DNA of 64,000 nt from Longimicrobiales bacterium. GTDB lineage: Bacteria > Gemmatimonadota > Gemmatimonadetes > Longimicrobiales > Gaopeijiaceae. The DNA lies in NCBI GenBank assembly GCA_965203485.1, contig OZ241892.1, positions 2,816,001 through 2,880,000 of the forward strand. Reading direction: 5' to 3'. A program made the translations under genes and the position numbers. Position 1 is the stretch's first letter, and every line of letters begins with the position of its first letter. The notes beneath the pieces were generated by a model. The model was not told the DNA's origin, searched no databases, and was given only the letters and a program-made list of their open reading frames with translations. Positions 48,442-58,265 of the stretch are shown here, one piece after another.

Positions 48442-49389
48442 ATGGTCCATCTGGACAGCGTCACCAAGTACTACGGCGGCAAGCGTGCCCTGGGTCCGGT
48501 GTCCTTCGAGATCGGCGCAGGCGAAACAGTGGGCTTCCTGGGCCTCAACGGCGCCGGCAAGACGACGTTGCTGCGCATCCTCGCCTGCGGGTTGCGGCCG
48601 TCGTCCGGCGCGGTGCGCGTGGACGGCCTGGACGTCCTCGAGTCGCCGCACGAAGTGCGCAAGCGCGTCGGCTATCTCCCCGAATCTCCGCCCGTCTACG
48701 CCGACATGACGGTGGGCGACTATCTGGACTTCGTCGGCCGACTCAAGGGGCTGTCGCGCGCCGAGGCCGCGCAGCGCGTGCCCGAAGTGGAGGAACGGAC
48801 GCACGTACGCGAGGTCCACGACGTGCCGGCCCGCGAACTCTCCCAAGGCTACCGCCAGCGCGTCGGCGTGGCCCAAGCCATCGTGCACGACCCCGGCCTC
48901 CTGATTCTGGACGAACCGACGCACGACCTCGATCCGGTCCAGATCATGGAAATGCGCGAGATGATTCGGGGCCTCAAGGACTCGCACACCATCCTCATCT
49001 CGAGCCACATCCTGCCCGAGATCAGCCAGACCTGCGACCGCCTCCTCATTCTCGACGACGGCGAGGTCGCCGCCTCCGGCAGCGAGGCCGAGCTCGGCGA
49101 GCGGCTCCTTGCGTCCCGGGACCTCGTGGTGACGCTCCGGCGGGGCGGCGCGGGAGCCGCCGAGGAGGCCGAGCGCGTCGTCCGGGCGACGCGGGGCGTG
49201 AAGGACGTTCGGCGCGAGGACGAGGACGAAGCCGAGACGGTCGCCTTCCGGGTCGAGGGCGAGACAGACGTGCGTGCCGAGGTGTGCCGGGCCTTGGTCC
49301 AGGCGGGCCACGACGTGCTGGCGCTCCGCCGGGCCGAAGGGGAGCTGGAGAGCGTGTTCGTCGGCTTGGTGAGCGGAGCCAAGAGGTGA
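48442..49389 (+). CDS. ABC ATP-binding protein (GldA-like)
   Basis: GLNGAGKTT, LSQGYRQR, ILDEPT, SSHILPE. Confidence 0.9.
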   Translation: MVHLDSVTKYYGGKRALGPVSFEIGAGETVGFLGLNGAGKTTLLRILACGLRPSSGAVRVDGLDVLESPHEVRKRVGYLPESPPVYADMTVGDYLDFVGRLKGLSRAEAAQRVPEVEERTHVREVHDVPARELSQGYRQRVGVAQAIVHDPGLLILDEPTHDLDPVQIMEMREMIRGLKDSHTILISSHILPEISQTCDRLLILDDGEVAASGSEAELGERLLASRDLVVTLRRGGAGAAEEAERVVRATRGVKDVRREDEDEAETVAFRVEGETDVRAEVCRALVQAGHDVLALRRAEGELESVFVGLVSGAKR

Positions 49390-50123
49390 GCGCGGGTCCC
49401 GTCGGCGTCGTCTTTCGGCGCGAGTTCGCCGCCTACCTGCGGTCGCCGATGGGGTACGTAGTCGCCGCGGTCGTTCTCCTGCTCGACGGACTGCTGTTCT
49501 ACGCCCAGGCGCTGGGACCGGCGGCCGGCGAGCGCCTCTCGGGGATGGTGCTCGCGGGCTTCTTCTTCAACGCCAGCGGTCTGACGGCAGTAGCCGCGGT
49601 GGCTCTGTCCGTCCGCTTGGTCGCAGAAGAGCGCCAGACCGGCACCCAGCTGCTGCTCGACACGTCGCCGGTGCACGACTGGCAGATCGTGCTGGGCAAG
49701 TTCCTCTCGGCGCTGGCGTTCCTGTCGGCGATCACGGCGGCGACGCTCTACATTCCGGCGCTGGTGCTGGTGAACGGCAAGGTGTCGGTCGGACACGTGC
49801 TGGTTGGCTACGCCGGACTCGCGGCGCTGGGCGCAAGCGTACTTGCGGTGGGCATCTTCGCGTCTTCGCTGACGCGGCATCCGCTGGTCGCCGCCGCCCT
49901 GGGCTCGGCGATCACGGGGACGTTGTTCCTGCTCTGGCCCTTGGCGCGCATCACCGGGCCGCCGCTCTCCGGCTTCTTCGCCGCGCTGGCGATCCACGGC
50001 CGCCACTTCGCGGGCTTCCAGGCCGGCCTGCTCCACTTGCGCGACGTCGCGTACTACGGGGCGCTGGCGTGCTTCTTCCTGTACGCGGCCACCAAGGTGA
50101 TGGAGGCCAAGCGATGGGAGTGA
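49386..50123 (+). CDS. ABC-2 permease (GldF-like)
   Basis: REFAAYLRSPMGY, AEERQTGT, IVLGKF, GLLHLRD. Confidence 0.85.
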   Translation: MSAGPVGVVFRREFAAYLRSPMGYVVAAVVLLLDGLLFYAQALGPAAGERLSGMVLAGFFFNASGLTAVAAVALSVRLVAEERQTGTQLLLDTSPVHDWQIVLGKFLSALAFLSAITAATLYIPALVLVNGKVSVGHVLVGYAGLAALGASVLAVGIFASSLTRHPLVAAALGSAITGTLFLLWPLARITGPPLSGFFAALAIHGRHFAGFQAGLLHLRDVAYYGALACFFLYAATKVMEAKRWE

Positions 50124-50247
50124 CGCGCCGGCGGCAGCGCGGGCCGAGTCCAGTGTGCAGGACTCGGTCTTCCGGAGCATCGCGTCGCGGGCCTCGCGGG
50201 AGCGGGCGGCCGGACCGGCCGCGTCCGTTGCGCCGGGCAGAACGCCA

Positions 50248-52167
50248 GTGAAGCGCCTCTGGCTGGGCTGGCTGGTCCTGGGAGGGCTGGCCGGGGTGTT
50301 CGCCGCGATGCGCGTGTTCGAGGGGTGGGTCGCGGCGCAATGGATCGCGGGAGCGGGCGGCGGCGCGGCGGCGCTGGGCGGGGCGGCCGGGCAGGCGGCA
50401 ACCTGGTGGCGGGCCGACGGCGAGACCAGGCGCGGCGAGGCCGTGTTCGCCCTGGCGTACGCGGTGTGCGTGCTCGCGCTGGCCGGCTTCCTGGCCGGCT
50501 CCGACGCCGGACTGGACTGGCTGAGCGCGGACTTCGACTCGCCGCGCGACCGGAGCCGCTTCAAGAACCTTCTGCTGGCGTGCTCGTCCCTCGCGCTCGC
50601 GTGTGCGCTGCTGCCCGCGGCGGCCGCGCAGTGGGCGGCGCGCAAGGGGGGCAGCCCGGGCGGGCTCGGTGTGGACGCGCGCCGCATCCGCGAGACGGCC
50701 GCAGGGGCGCTGGGAACGGCGTTGCTGGGCGGCACGTTGCTGCTGCTCGGGTTCGTCGCGTCGCAACGCAACCGCACGGTCGACTTCAGCTACTTCAAGA
50801 CGTCGGTGCCCGGCGAGGCGGTGCGCGAGATCGTCCGCAACCTCGACGGACGGCTGAGCGTCGTCCTCTTTTTTCCCGAGATCAATCCGGTCAAGGACGA
50901 GGTCGCGGGCTACTTCGGGAGTCTTGCGCGCGCAACCGGCAACGTGGCCGTCGAGACCTACGACCGCCTCGAGCGCCCCGGCCTTGCCGCCGAGTACGAC
51001 GCGCGCAACGACGGCGACGTCTTCCTGCGGCTCGACGACAGGAGGGAGCGCCTCGCCTTCGCCACCGAGATCGACGAGGCCCACGGCCAGCTGATGGCGC
51101 TCGACGGGCGCGTGCAGCGCGCGCTGCTGCTCCTCATGCGCGACCAGCGCACGGCCTACGCCACGATCGGCCACGGCGAGTTCAACGACCCGCTGGCGCG
51201 CGTTCCGCCCGACAACGACGCGGACGCCCGCGACGACGATCCCGGCTATTCGCTGGACCGCCGCGCCGACGCCGCGCCGCAGCCCCTCAACGCGCTGCGC
51301 AGCCTGCTCGACCTGCTCGGCTACGACTACCGCGACCTCGGCGTCCGCGAGGGACTCGGCGACCGCATTCCGGACGACGCGGCGCTGGTGATGGTGATCG
51401 GTCCCCGCCACCCCTTCCTGGACGCCGAGGCCGCCGCGCTTCGCGAGTACCTGGACCGGGGAGGCTCGCTGCTGTTCGCCCTGGAGCCGGGCTCCGGCTT
51501 CCGCATCGACGACTTCCGCGACGATCTGGGCGTCGAGGCCGACACCGCAATCCTCGTCGACGACTTCCGCCACCTCCGCCTCACCGGCGGTCCGTCCGAC
51601 GCCCGCTTGGCCGTAACCAACCGCTTCTCCACGCACCCGGCCGTGACCACGGCCGACCGCGAAGGCGCCACCACGGGCATGGCGATCATCGGCGCCACGC
51701 CGCTTTGGACCCTGGAGGAGGACGCGCCCGAGGGCGTCGAGGTGACGCCCGTCGTGCGGTCGCTGATGTCCAGCTTCGTGGACCGCAACGGCAACTATCG
51801 CTACGACGAAGGCCTGGAGATGCGCGGCAACTACGACTTGGCGGTCGCGGTCGAGCGGTCGCCGAGCGAGGAAGGCGAGGAAGGCGGCCGCGCGCTCGTG
51901 TACGGGGACGCCGAGATGTTCACGGACCCGGTCGTCGCCAGCTTGGCGCTGAACGCGGCGGTGCTCGCGGACGGCATCCGCTGGCTGGGCCGCGAGGAGG
52001 AATTCGCGGGGCAGATCGAATCGGAGGAGGACGTGCCGATCGTGCACACGCGCTCGGAGGACGTGGCTTGGTTCTATGCGATCATCTTCGGCGCGCCGTT
52101 GCTCGTCCTGGCGCTGGGCGCCGCCGCGCTGTACCGCCGGCGTCCGCGTTTCGAGGCGTCGTCGTGA
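50248..52167 (+). CDS. GldG-like ABC auxiliary membrane protein
   Basis: N-terminal TMs, TIGHGE, YLDRGGSLL, C-terminal TM; start uncertain. Confidence 0.8.
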   Translation: MKRLWLGWLVLGGLAGVFAAMRVFEGWVAAQWIAGAGGGAAALGGAAGQAATWWRADGETRRGEAVFALAYAVCVLALAGFLAGSDAGLDWLSADFDSPRDRSRFKNLLLACSSLALACALLPAAAAQWAARKGGSPGGLGVDARRIRETAAGALGTALLGGTLLLLGFVASQRNRTVDFSYFKTSVPGEAVREIVRNLDGRLSVVLFFPEINPVKDEVAGYFGSLARATGNVAVETYDRLERPGLAAEYDARNDGDVFLRLDDRRERLAFATEIDEAHGQLMALDGRVQRALLLLMRDQRTAYATIGHGEFNDPLARVPPDNDADARDDDPGYSLDRRADAAPQPLNALRSLLDLLGYDYRDLGVREGLGDRIPDDAALVMVIGPRHPFLDAEAAALREYLDRGGSLLFALEPGSGFRIDDFRDDLGVEADTAILVDDFRHLRLTGGPSDARLAVTNRFSTHPAVTTADREGATTGMAIIGATPLWTLEEDAPEGVEVTPVVRSLMSSFVDRNGNYRYDEGLEMRGNYDLAVAVERSPSEEGEEGGRALVYGDAEMFTDPVVASLALNAAVLADGIRWLGREEEFAGQIESEEDVPIVHTRSEDVAWFYAIIFGAPLLVLALGAAALYRRRPRFEASS

Positions 52168-53102
52168 CGGCCGGCCGGCGACTGTCGCTTCAGGCGGCCC
52201 TGTTCGGAGCGGCCGCCTTGTGGGCCTACCTCACGTGGATCCGCCCGGAAGTGGGCGTGGTGGACCGCAGCCGGTTCCTGGTGTGGGAGCGCGACACGAC
52301 CGACGTGGTGTCGATCCGGTACGTGTCCCCGGAGAAGGCCGTGCGCGTCGAGCGCAGAACGGACGCTGACGGCTCGTTCTATTGGGGCGCCGAGTCCGGC
52401 GCGGGCACGGGCGCCGGGGAATATCCGGTCGGCGTCGCCGGCTCCACGCTGTCGGGCCGGCTCGCGGCGTTGCGGGTCGTCCGGGCGCTGGGGACCGTGC
52501 CCGCGGGCGACCGCGAGCCGTACGGGCTGGACGAGCCGCGCGAACGGATCGAGATAGACTTCCGGGACGAACGCCGCGAGCTGTTGCTGGGCGACAGCGT
52601 CTACGGAGGCGACGACCGCTACGCGCTGGACGCGGGCACGGAGGCCGGGTACGTGCTGCCGGGCGAGATCGTGCGTCCGCTGCGGACCGGCGAGGGCGCG
52701 TTGCGCGAACGCTGGATCCACGACTTCCGCGACACCGACGTCACGAGCGTGCGAGTGTCTTCGGGCGGACGCGAGCGCGTGATGGTGCGCCCCAACGGAG
52801 GAGACTGGTCTCCGGCCGGCGGCGGCGAGTCCGACCCGGCGTTCGGCAACTTCATGCAACGGGTGGAGCAGATGGCCATCGGCGGTTTCGACAGCCTTCC
52901 CCCGCCCGAGGAACTCGCGCCGCTGCTGCGACTGGACTACTTCGACGACGACGGCGACGCCATGGGGTTCCTCGAGCTGGCGCGCCACGCCGCTTCCGAA
53001 CGGAACCCCTACTACTTGCGGAGCGAGCGCACCCGGGTGTGGGCGCGGGCGCTGACCGCCCTGGCGGAGCGGGTCGAGGAGGGACTCGCGGACCTGTTCT
53101 GA
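52164..53102 (+). CDS. DUF4340-like periplasmic protein
   Basis: Single N-terminal TM, YGLDEP motif, position after GldG. Confidence 0.7.
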   Translation: MTAGRRLSLQAALFGAAALWAYLTWIRPEVGVVDRSRFLVWERDTTDVVSIRYVSPEKAVRVERRTDADGSFYWGAESGAGTGAGEYPVGVAGSTLSGRLAALRVVRALGTVPAGDREPYGLDEPRERIEIDFRDERRELLLGDSVYGGDDRYALDAGTEAGYVLPGEIVRPLRTGEGALRERWIHDFRDTDVTSVRVSSGGRERVMVRPNGGDWSPAGGGESDPAFGNFMQRVEQMAIGGFDSLPPPEELAPLLRLDYFDDDGDAMGFLELARHAASERNPYYLRSERTRVWARALTALAERVEEGLADLF

Positions 53103-53107
53103 CGCAG

Positions 53108-54265
53108 ATGCCGCGCGACGACCTGCAGATCACGCTGGGCATCGAGGAGGAGTTCTTCCTGGTCGATCCCGAGACGCGCGACTTGGTCGCGGACCCCGGC
53201 CCGGGCATTTTAGAGGAGTGTCGGCGCAATGCGGGCGACCACGGCGTCACGACGGAGTTTCTCCGCGCCCAGGTCGAGACGACCAGCCGCGTCTGCCGCT
53301 CGGTGGCGGAGGTGCGGACCGCGCTTCGGGAGACCCGCGGCATCGTGGCCGCCGCCGCCGCCCGCCACGGGGCCTCGATCGTCGCCGCTTCCACCCATCC
53401 CTTCGCGGCGTGGCGCGCCCAGATGACCACGCCGCGCGACCGCTACGCCAACTTCGAGACGACGTTCCAGGAGGCCGTCCGGCGCCTTCTCGCGGGCGGC
53501 ATGCACATCCACGCGGGCTTCGGCGACCGCGACGCGCGCGTTCGCGTCATGACCGCCTTGCGACGCCATCTGCCGCTGCTGCACGCGCTGTCCACGTCCT
53601 CGCCCTTCAACGCCGGCCACGAGACCGGCTTCAAGTCCTACCGCCTCAACATCCTCGGCGCACTGCCCCGAACAGGCATCCCGGCGCCCATGTACGCCTG
53701 GGCCGACTACGACGGGCTCGTCGCCCAGCACCGCCGCATGGAGATGGTCAAGGACGGCAGCGAATTCTGGTGGGACATCCGCCCCGCGGCCGTCTTTCCG
53801 ACCGTCGAGATGCGCATCTGCGACATCTGCACGCGCATCGAGGACGCCGTTTCCATGACGGCGCTCTACGCGAGCCTCGTCCGCCGGCTCCTGCGCCAGT
53901 GCTTGGCGGGCGAGCTGCCGCCGGAGCCGCCCACCGAGATCATCGCCGAGAACCGCTGGATCGCGCAACGCTACGGCGTGCTGGCGTTCTTCGGCGACGC
54001 GGAAGCGGGCGGGCGCATCGACGTAGCCGACTGCGCGGCCCGGCTCGTCGACGAGCTGGCGGAGGACGCCGCCGCGCTCGACTGCGTGGACGAGCTCGGC
54101 AGAATTCTCGACATCGTGCGCGACGGGAGCAGCGCCGACCGCCAGATCGACCGCTACCGCCTTCGCCGTCTGGAGGGCGACGGACGCCGGGCCGCGCTCG
54201 AGGCGGTGGTGGACTTGGCGGCGGAGGAAACCGTCGAAGGCGTCGGCGGCGCGGCGGCGAGCTGA
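53108..54265 (+). CDS. Carboxylate-amine ligase (YbdK / GCS2 family)
   Basis: TLGIEEEFFLVD, GMHIHAG, STSSPF, PRTG, WWDIRP, EMRICD. Confidence 0.9.
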   Translation: MPRDDLQITLGIEEEFFLVDPETRDLVADPGPGILEECRRNAGDHGVTTEFLRAQVETTSRVCRSVAEVRTALRETRGIVAAAAARHGASIVAASTHPFAAWRAQMTTPRDRYANFETTFQEAVRRLLAGGMHIHAGFGDRDARVRVMTALRRHLPLLHALSTSSPFNAGHETGFKSYRLNILGALPRTGIPAPMYAWADYDGLVAQHRRMEMVKDGSEFWWDIRPAAVFPTVEMRICDICTRIEDAVSMTALYASLVRRLLRQCLAGELPPEPPTEIIAENRWIAQRYGVLAFFGDAEAGGRIDVADCAARLVDELAEDAAALDCVDELGRILDIVRDGSSADRQIDRYRLRRLEGDGRRAALEAVVDLAAEETVEGVGGAAAS

Positions 54266-54269
54266 TCCG

Positions 54270-54971
54270 GTGCCGGACCCCGGCGGCTTGGCGGCGCTGG
54301 AGCGCGAAGTGACCGGGTGCCGCCGCTGTCCCCGGCTGGTCGCATGGAGAGAAGGGACGGCGCGCGAAAAGCGGGCGTCGTTCCGCGACGAGGCGTATTG
54401 GGGCAAGCCGGTTCCGGGCTTCGGCGACCCTCGGGCGCGCGTGCTCGTCGTGGGCCTCGCGCCGGCGGCCCACGGCGCCAACCGCACGGGCCGAATGTTC
54501 ACGGGCGACCGAGCCGGAGACTGGCTGTTCCGCGCCATGCACAAGGCCGGCTTCGCGAACCAGGCCCTCAGCCGCTCCCGCGCCGACGGCCTCGTGCTCC
54601 GGCGGGCCTACGTGACCGCCGGAGTGCGTTGCGCGCCGCCGGCCAATCGTCCGACCACTGCCGAACGCGACCGCTGCCTTCCCTTCCTCCACCGCGAGAT
54701 CCATCTCTTGGCCGGCACGCTGACCACTTTGGTGGCCCTCGGCGGCTTCGCCTTTTCGGTCGTTCTCCGCGCGCTGGCCGAACGAGGCCACGCCGCGCCG
54801 AATCCCCGCCCCGCGTTCGCGCACGGCGCCGAGGCCCAGGTCGGCGAGCTGCTCGTCCTGGGCTCCTACCACCCAAGCCAGCAGAACACGTTCACGGGCA
54901 GGCTCACCGAGGACATGTTCGACGCCGTCTGGCGGCGGGCGGCGGAATGCGCCGGATTGCCCCGAGCCTAG
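54270..54971 (+). CDS. Uracil-DNA glycosylase family 5 (UdgB-like, Fe-S)
   Basis: CRRCPRL, GLAPAAHGANRTGRMFTGD, YHPSQQNT. Confidence 0.9.
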   Translation: MPDPGGLAALEREVTGCRRCPRLVAWREGTAREKRASFRDEAYWGKPVPGFGDPRARVLVVGLAPAAHGANRTGRMFTGDRAGDWLFRAMHKAGFANQALSRSRADGLVLRRAYVTAGVRCAPPANRPTTAERDRCLPFLHREIHLLAGTLTTLVALGGFAFSVVLRALAERGHAAPNPRPAFAHGAEAQVGELLVLGSYHPSQQNTFTGRLTEDMFDAVWRRAAECAGLPRA

Positions 54972-55087
54972 CCGGCGCCGCCGGCGCCCAGGACGGCCTA
55001 CGGCGTTGCCTCCTCGCGACGAGCCGCGTCCTGCAATGGCGGCGCGCGGTCCCCAGGACGCAATCGGCGGGCCGTTATACTTGAGCC

Positions 55088-55729
55088 ATGGCTCCAGCAG
55101 GCGCGTCCCTACGTCTCCCCGCCCCTGGCCAAGCCCTCGCGGGCAGGGCCGTTCCCTTGGAGGATCCCGGCCTCCATCACGTGACCGGCGTGCGACTCCA
55201 GCCGCCGTTCGCGCAGGGACTTCAGCGCGCCTACTTCGCCATGGGGTGCTTCTGGGGGGCCGAACGCATGTTCTGGGACGTGGCCGGGGTGCACGTCACG
55301 GCGGTGGGCTACCAAGGCGGCGACACGCCCAATCCCACCTACGAGGAAGTCTGCACCGGACGGACCGGCCACGCCGAGGCCGTCCTGGTCGTCTTCGACC
55401 CCGACCGGCTGGCGTACGGCTCGTTGCTGACCGCGTTCTGGGAAGGACACGATCCGACCCAGGGAATGCGCCAGGGAGCCGACTTGGGGACGCAGTACCG
55501 ATCGGCCGTCTTCCCGACGAGCGACGCGCAGGTGCGACTGGCGACCGGGTCCATGGACCTGTACCAGGAGAAGTTGCGCGCCGCCGGCTACGGCGCCGTC
55601 ACGACCGAGATTCGACCCGCCCCGGAGTTCTACTACGCCGAGGCGCACCACCAGCAGTATCTGGCCAAGAACCCCGGGGGATACTGCGGGCTTGGCGGGA
55701 CCGGCCTCGCGTGTCCAAGCGTGCCCTAG
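55088..55729 (+). CDS. msrA: Peptide methionine-S-sulfoxide reductase
   Basis: [35 protein letters not shown]. Confidence 0.95.
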   Translation: MAPAGASLRLPAPGQALAGRAVPLEDPGLHHVTGVRLQPPFAQGLQRAYFAMGCFWGAERMFWDVAGVHVTAVGYQGGDTPNPTYEEVCTGRTGHAEAVLVVFDPDRLAYGSLLTAFWEGHDPTQGMRQGADLGTQYRSAVFPTSDAQVRLATGSMDLYQEKLRAAGYGAVTTEIRPAPEFYYAEAHHQQYLAKNPGGYCGLGGTGLACPSVP

Positions 55730-55778
55730 GACGGCGAACGGCGGTCTCGCGCAACGCGCGCCGGTCTTCGCCAACGGC

Positions 55779-56726
55779 ATGACGCGCTCCAACCGGCCCG
55801 ACAACGGACCTCACTGGCGCCGCCGCCTCTACTACATCCTCTTCGAGGGCCACCGGCACAGGCTGGGCAGGCTCTTCGACGAAATCCTGATCGTCGCGAT
55901 CTTGGCCAGCGTGGCCGTGGTGATGCTGGACTCGGTGGTCTGGGTGCAACAACGCTACGAGTTCTGGCTGCATGGGCTGGAGTGGTTCTTCACGGCGCTG
56001 TTCACGCTGGAGTACGGCGCAAGGCTCGCGTCGGTGCAACGGAAGCGCCGCTACGCGTTGAGCTTCTTCGGCGTGGTGGACCTGCTCTCCATCGTGCCCA
56101 CCTACCTGAGCCTTCTCTTGCCGGGCGCCCAGATGCTCGCGGCGATTCGTCTGCTGCGGGTGCTTCGCGTCTTCCGCGTGCTCAAGCTGGTCCGCTATCT
56201 GGGCGAAGCCGACATGCTCGGCCGGGCGCTAGTGGCCAGCCGCTACCGGATTGCCGTCTTTCTGATCGCAGTGCTGACCACCGTCGTGATCTTCGGGTCC
56301 TTCATGTACCTGATCGAGGGCCCGGCGGCCGGCTTCACCTCCATTCCGGTGTCCGTCTACTGGGCGGTGGTGACGCTCACCACCGTCGGGTTCGGCGACA
56401 TCACGCCCATGACGGCGTTCGGCCAGTTCATGGCGGCGATGATCATGCTTCTCGGCTACGGCCTCATCGCCGTCCCCACGGGAATCGTGAGCGCCGAGAT
56501 GGTCCACGCGGCGTCCAGCGGACCCGGCCCCAACCGGCGTTTCCGCGACCCGGAACGCGGCATCTGCGCGATCTGCCGATCCGGCCGGCACGACGCCGAC
56601 GCCAGGTTCTGCAAGAAGTGCGGCGCGAGCGTGACGAACAGGCGCCACGGGCCGGCCCGACGGCGGGGCGGCAGTTCGCGAGCCGGTCCCGACGAGGCGG
56701 ATGGGCCTTCGGCGGGCGGCAACTAG
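55779..56726 (+). CDS. Voltage-gated-type potassium channel with C-terminal zinc ribbon
   Basis: S4 [13 protein letters not shown], filter TTVGFGD, CAIC...FCKKCG. Confidence 0.9.
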   Translation: MTRSNRPDNGPHWRRRLYYILFEGHRHRLGRLFDEILIVAILASVAVVMLDSVVWVQQRYEFWLHGLEWFFTALFTLEYGARLASVQRKRRYALSFFGVVDLLSIVPTYLSLLLPGAQMLAAIRLLRVLRVFRVLKLVRYLGEADMLGRALVASRYRIAVFLIAVLTTVVIFGSFMYLIEGPAAGFTSIPVSVYWAVVTLTTVGFGDITPMTAFGQFMAAMIMLLGYGLIAVPTGIVSAEMVHAASSGPGPNRRFRDPERGICAICRSGRHDADARFCKKCGASVTNRRHGPARRRGGSSRAGPDEADGPSAGGN

Positions 56727-56730
56727 CTCC

Positions 56731-57438
56731 ATGGACGGCGCCCTCCGGCCGACCGATTCCCTGGAGGAGGCGAGGGCCAAGGTCGTGGACGCGCTGAGCG
56801 AATGCTTCGCGCAGGACCACCTGACGCTGGACCGCTTCGAGCGCCTCGTCGACGCAGCTCAGAAGGCCGAGGCGGCCGCCGATCTGGCCGCACTGCTGGA
56901 CGGCTTGCCCGGCGCCCACGCGGTTGACGTCCGCCGCCCCGCCCCCGCGCCGGACGCAACGCAAGCGCGCCCGCCCGCAGGCTCGGCATGGGCGTCGCGG
57001 CCGAAGGACCAAGCCGTTGCGGTCTTCGGCGAGGCCAAGCGCGAAGGCGCGTGGGGCCCCGCCGCCGACACCAAAGCCGTCGCAGTCATGGGGTCCGTCG
57101 TGCTGGACTACCGCGACGCCAAGGCGCCGCCCGCGGACGTGACGGTCTTCGCCGTCACCTTCTTCGGCTCCGTGGAGATCGTCGTGCCCCCGGGCTACAA
57201 CGTCGAGTGCAGCGTGTCGGCCATCTTCGGCAGCGCCGAGCATCACGCGCTTGATTCCGCGTCCGCGCCGACGCCGGACGCCGACGCTCCGACCCTGCAC
57301 GTCCGGGGAGTCTCCGTGTTCGGTTCCGTGGAGGTCCACTACCGCCATCGCGGCGAGACGAAGCGCGAAGCAAAGCGGCGAATCCGTCTCGAGAGGCGCG
57401 AACGGCGGCGTCTCGCCAAGCGAAGCAGGGTCAGATAG
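56731..57438 (+). CDS. DUF1707 plus LiaF-like C-terminal domain protein
   Basis: VVDALSECFAQDHLTLDRFE; AVMGSVVLD, FFGSVEIVVP, VFGSVEV repeats. Confidence 0.75.
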   Translation: MDGALRPTDSLEEARAKVVDALSECFAQDHLTLDRFERLVDAAQKAEAAADLAALLDGLPGAHAVDVRRPAPAPDATQARPPAGSAWASRPKDQAVAVFGEAKREGAWGPAADTKAVAVMGSVVLDYRDAKAPPADVTVFAVTFFGSVEIVVPPGYNVECSVSAIFGSAEHHALDSASAPTPDADAPTLHVRGVSVFGSVEVHYRHRGETKREAKRRIRLERRERRRLAKRSRVR

Positions 57439-57525
57439 GCGCGCGTAGCGGGACTTGGCGCCGTTCACGAGCTGTCTGCCCGCCCTCGCGCGGGCCGTTC
57501 GGCCTTGCCGCGGGGCGACGGGGGA

Positions 57526-57942
57526 TCAGCAGTGCTCGTCGAACGCCGCCGTCAAGTCGGCCGCGATGTCGCCCGCGGAACGCCCTTCGATCTGGAAGCG
57601 CTCCAACATGAACACGACGTCGCCGTCCTTCAGCAACCCGACCGACGGCGACGACGGCGGATAGCCCACCAACTGCTTGCGCGCCTGGGCGGTTGCGGCA
57701 ACGTCTTGTCCTGCGAACACGGTGACCTTGTAGTCCGGCTGCTTTTCGCATTGCAACGCCTCCATGAGCGCCGGCCGAAAGAGGCCGGCCGCACAGCCGC
57801 ACACCGAATTGACGGCCAACAGCACGGTGCCGCCCATCGCGTCCATCGCTTGGTCCACCTGCTCGGCCGTGCGCAGTTCCTGGAAGCCCAGCTTCACCAA
57901 GTCCTGCCGCATGGGGGCCACCATCATCTCCGGATAGGGCAT
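57526..57942 (-). CDS. BrxA/BrxB bacilliredoxin family
   Basis: MPYPEMMVAPMR, VNSVCGCAAG, TVFAGQD, PPSSPS. Confidence 0.9.
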   Translation of the reverse strand: MPYPEMMVAPMRQDLVKLGFQELRTAEQVDQAMDAMGGTVLLAVNSVCGCAAGLFRPALMEALQCEKQPDYKVTVFAGQDVAATAQARKQLVGYPPSSPSVGLLKDGDVVFMLERFQIEGRSAGDIAADLTAAFDEHC

Positions 57943-58265
57943 GTGCCGGGTCCTCGCTGTTCGCGGGTTCACGTATGGCGGAATGCGCTCGGGCGCACGA
58001 ACCGCAACGATGGAATCTAATGCCCGCGGCGGCGCGCGCGTGGGAGAAGACGCGGCGACAGGTGCGGTCGGCGCCCGCGGGATGCCCTCGCCGGCGGCGC
58101 CCGGCCGACGTCTCCGGCCGCGAGCGCCGGGCGGGGCGCGAACATTTCCGGGTCCTGGCGCGTATTCCCTACTTGTAGCGCGCCGCACGCTCGGACGGGC
58201 TTGCGTCGCTTGGCGGCCAGGTCTGCACGACCGCACTTGCCCGGCGCGCTGAAGCAAGGACGCTC

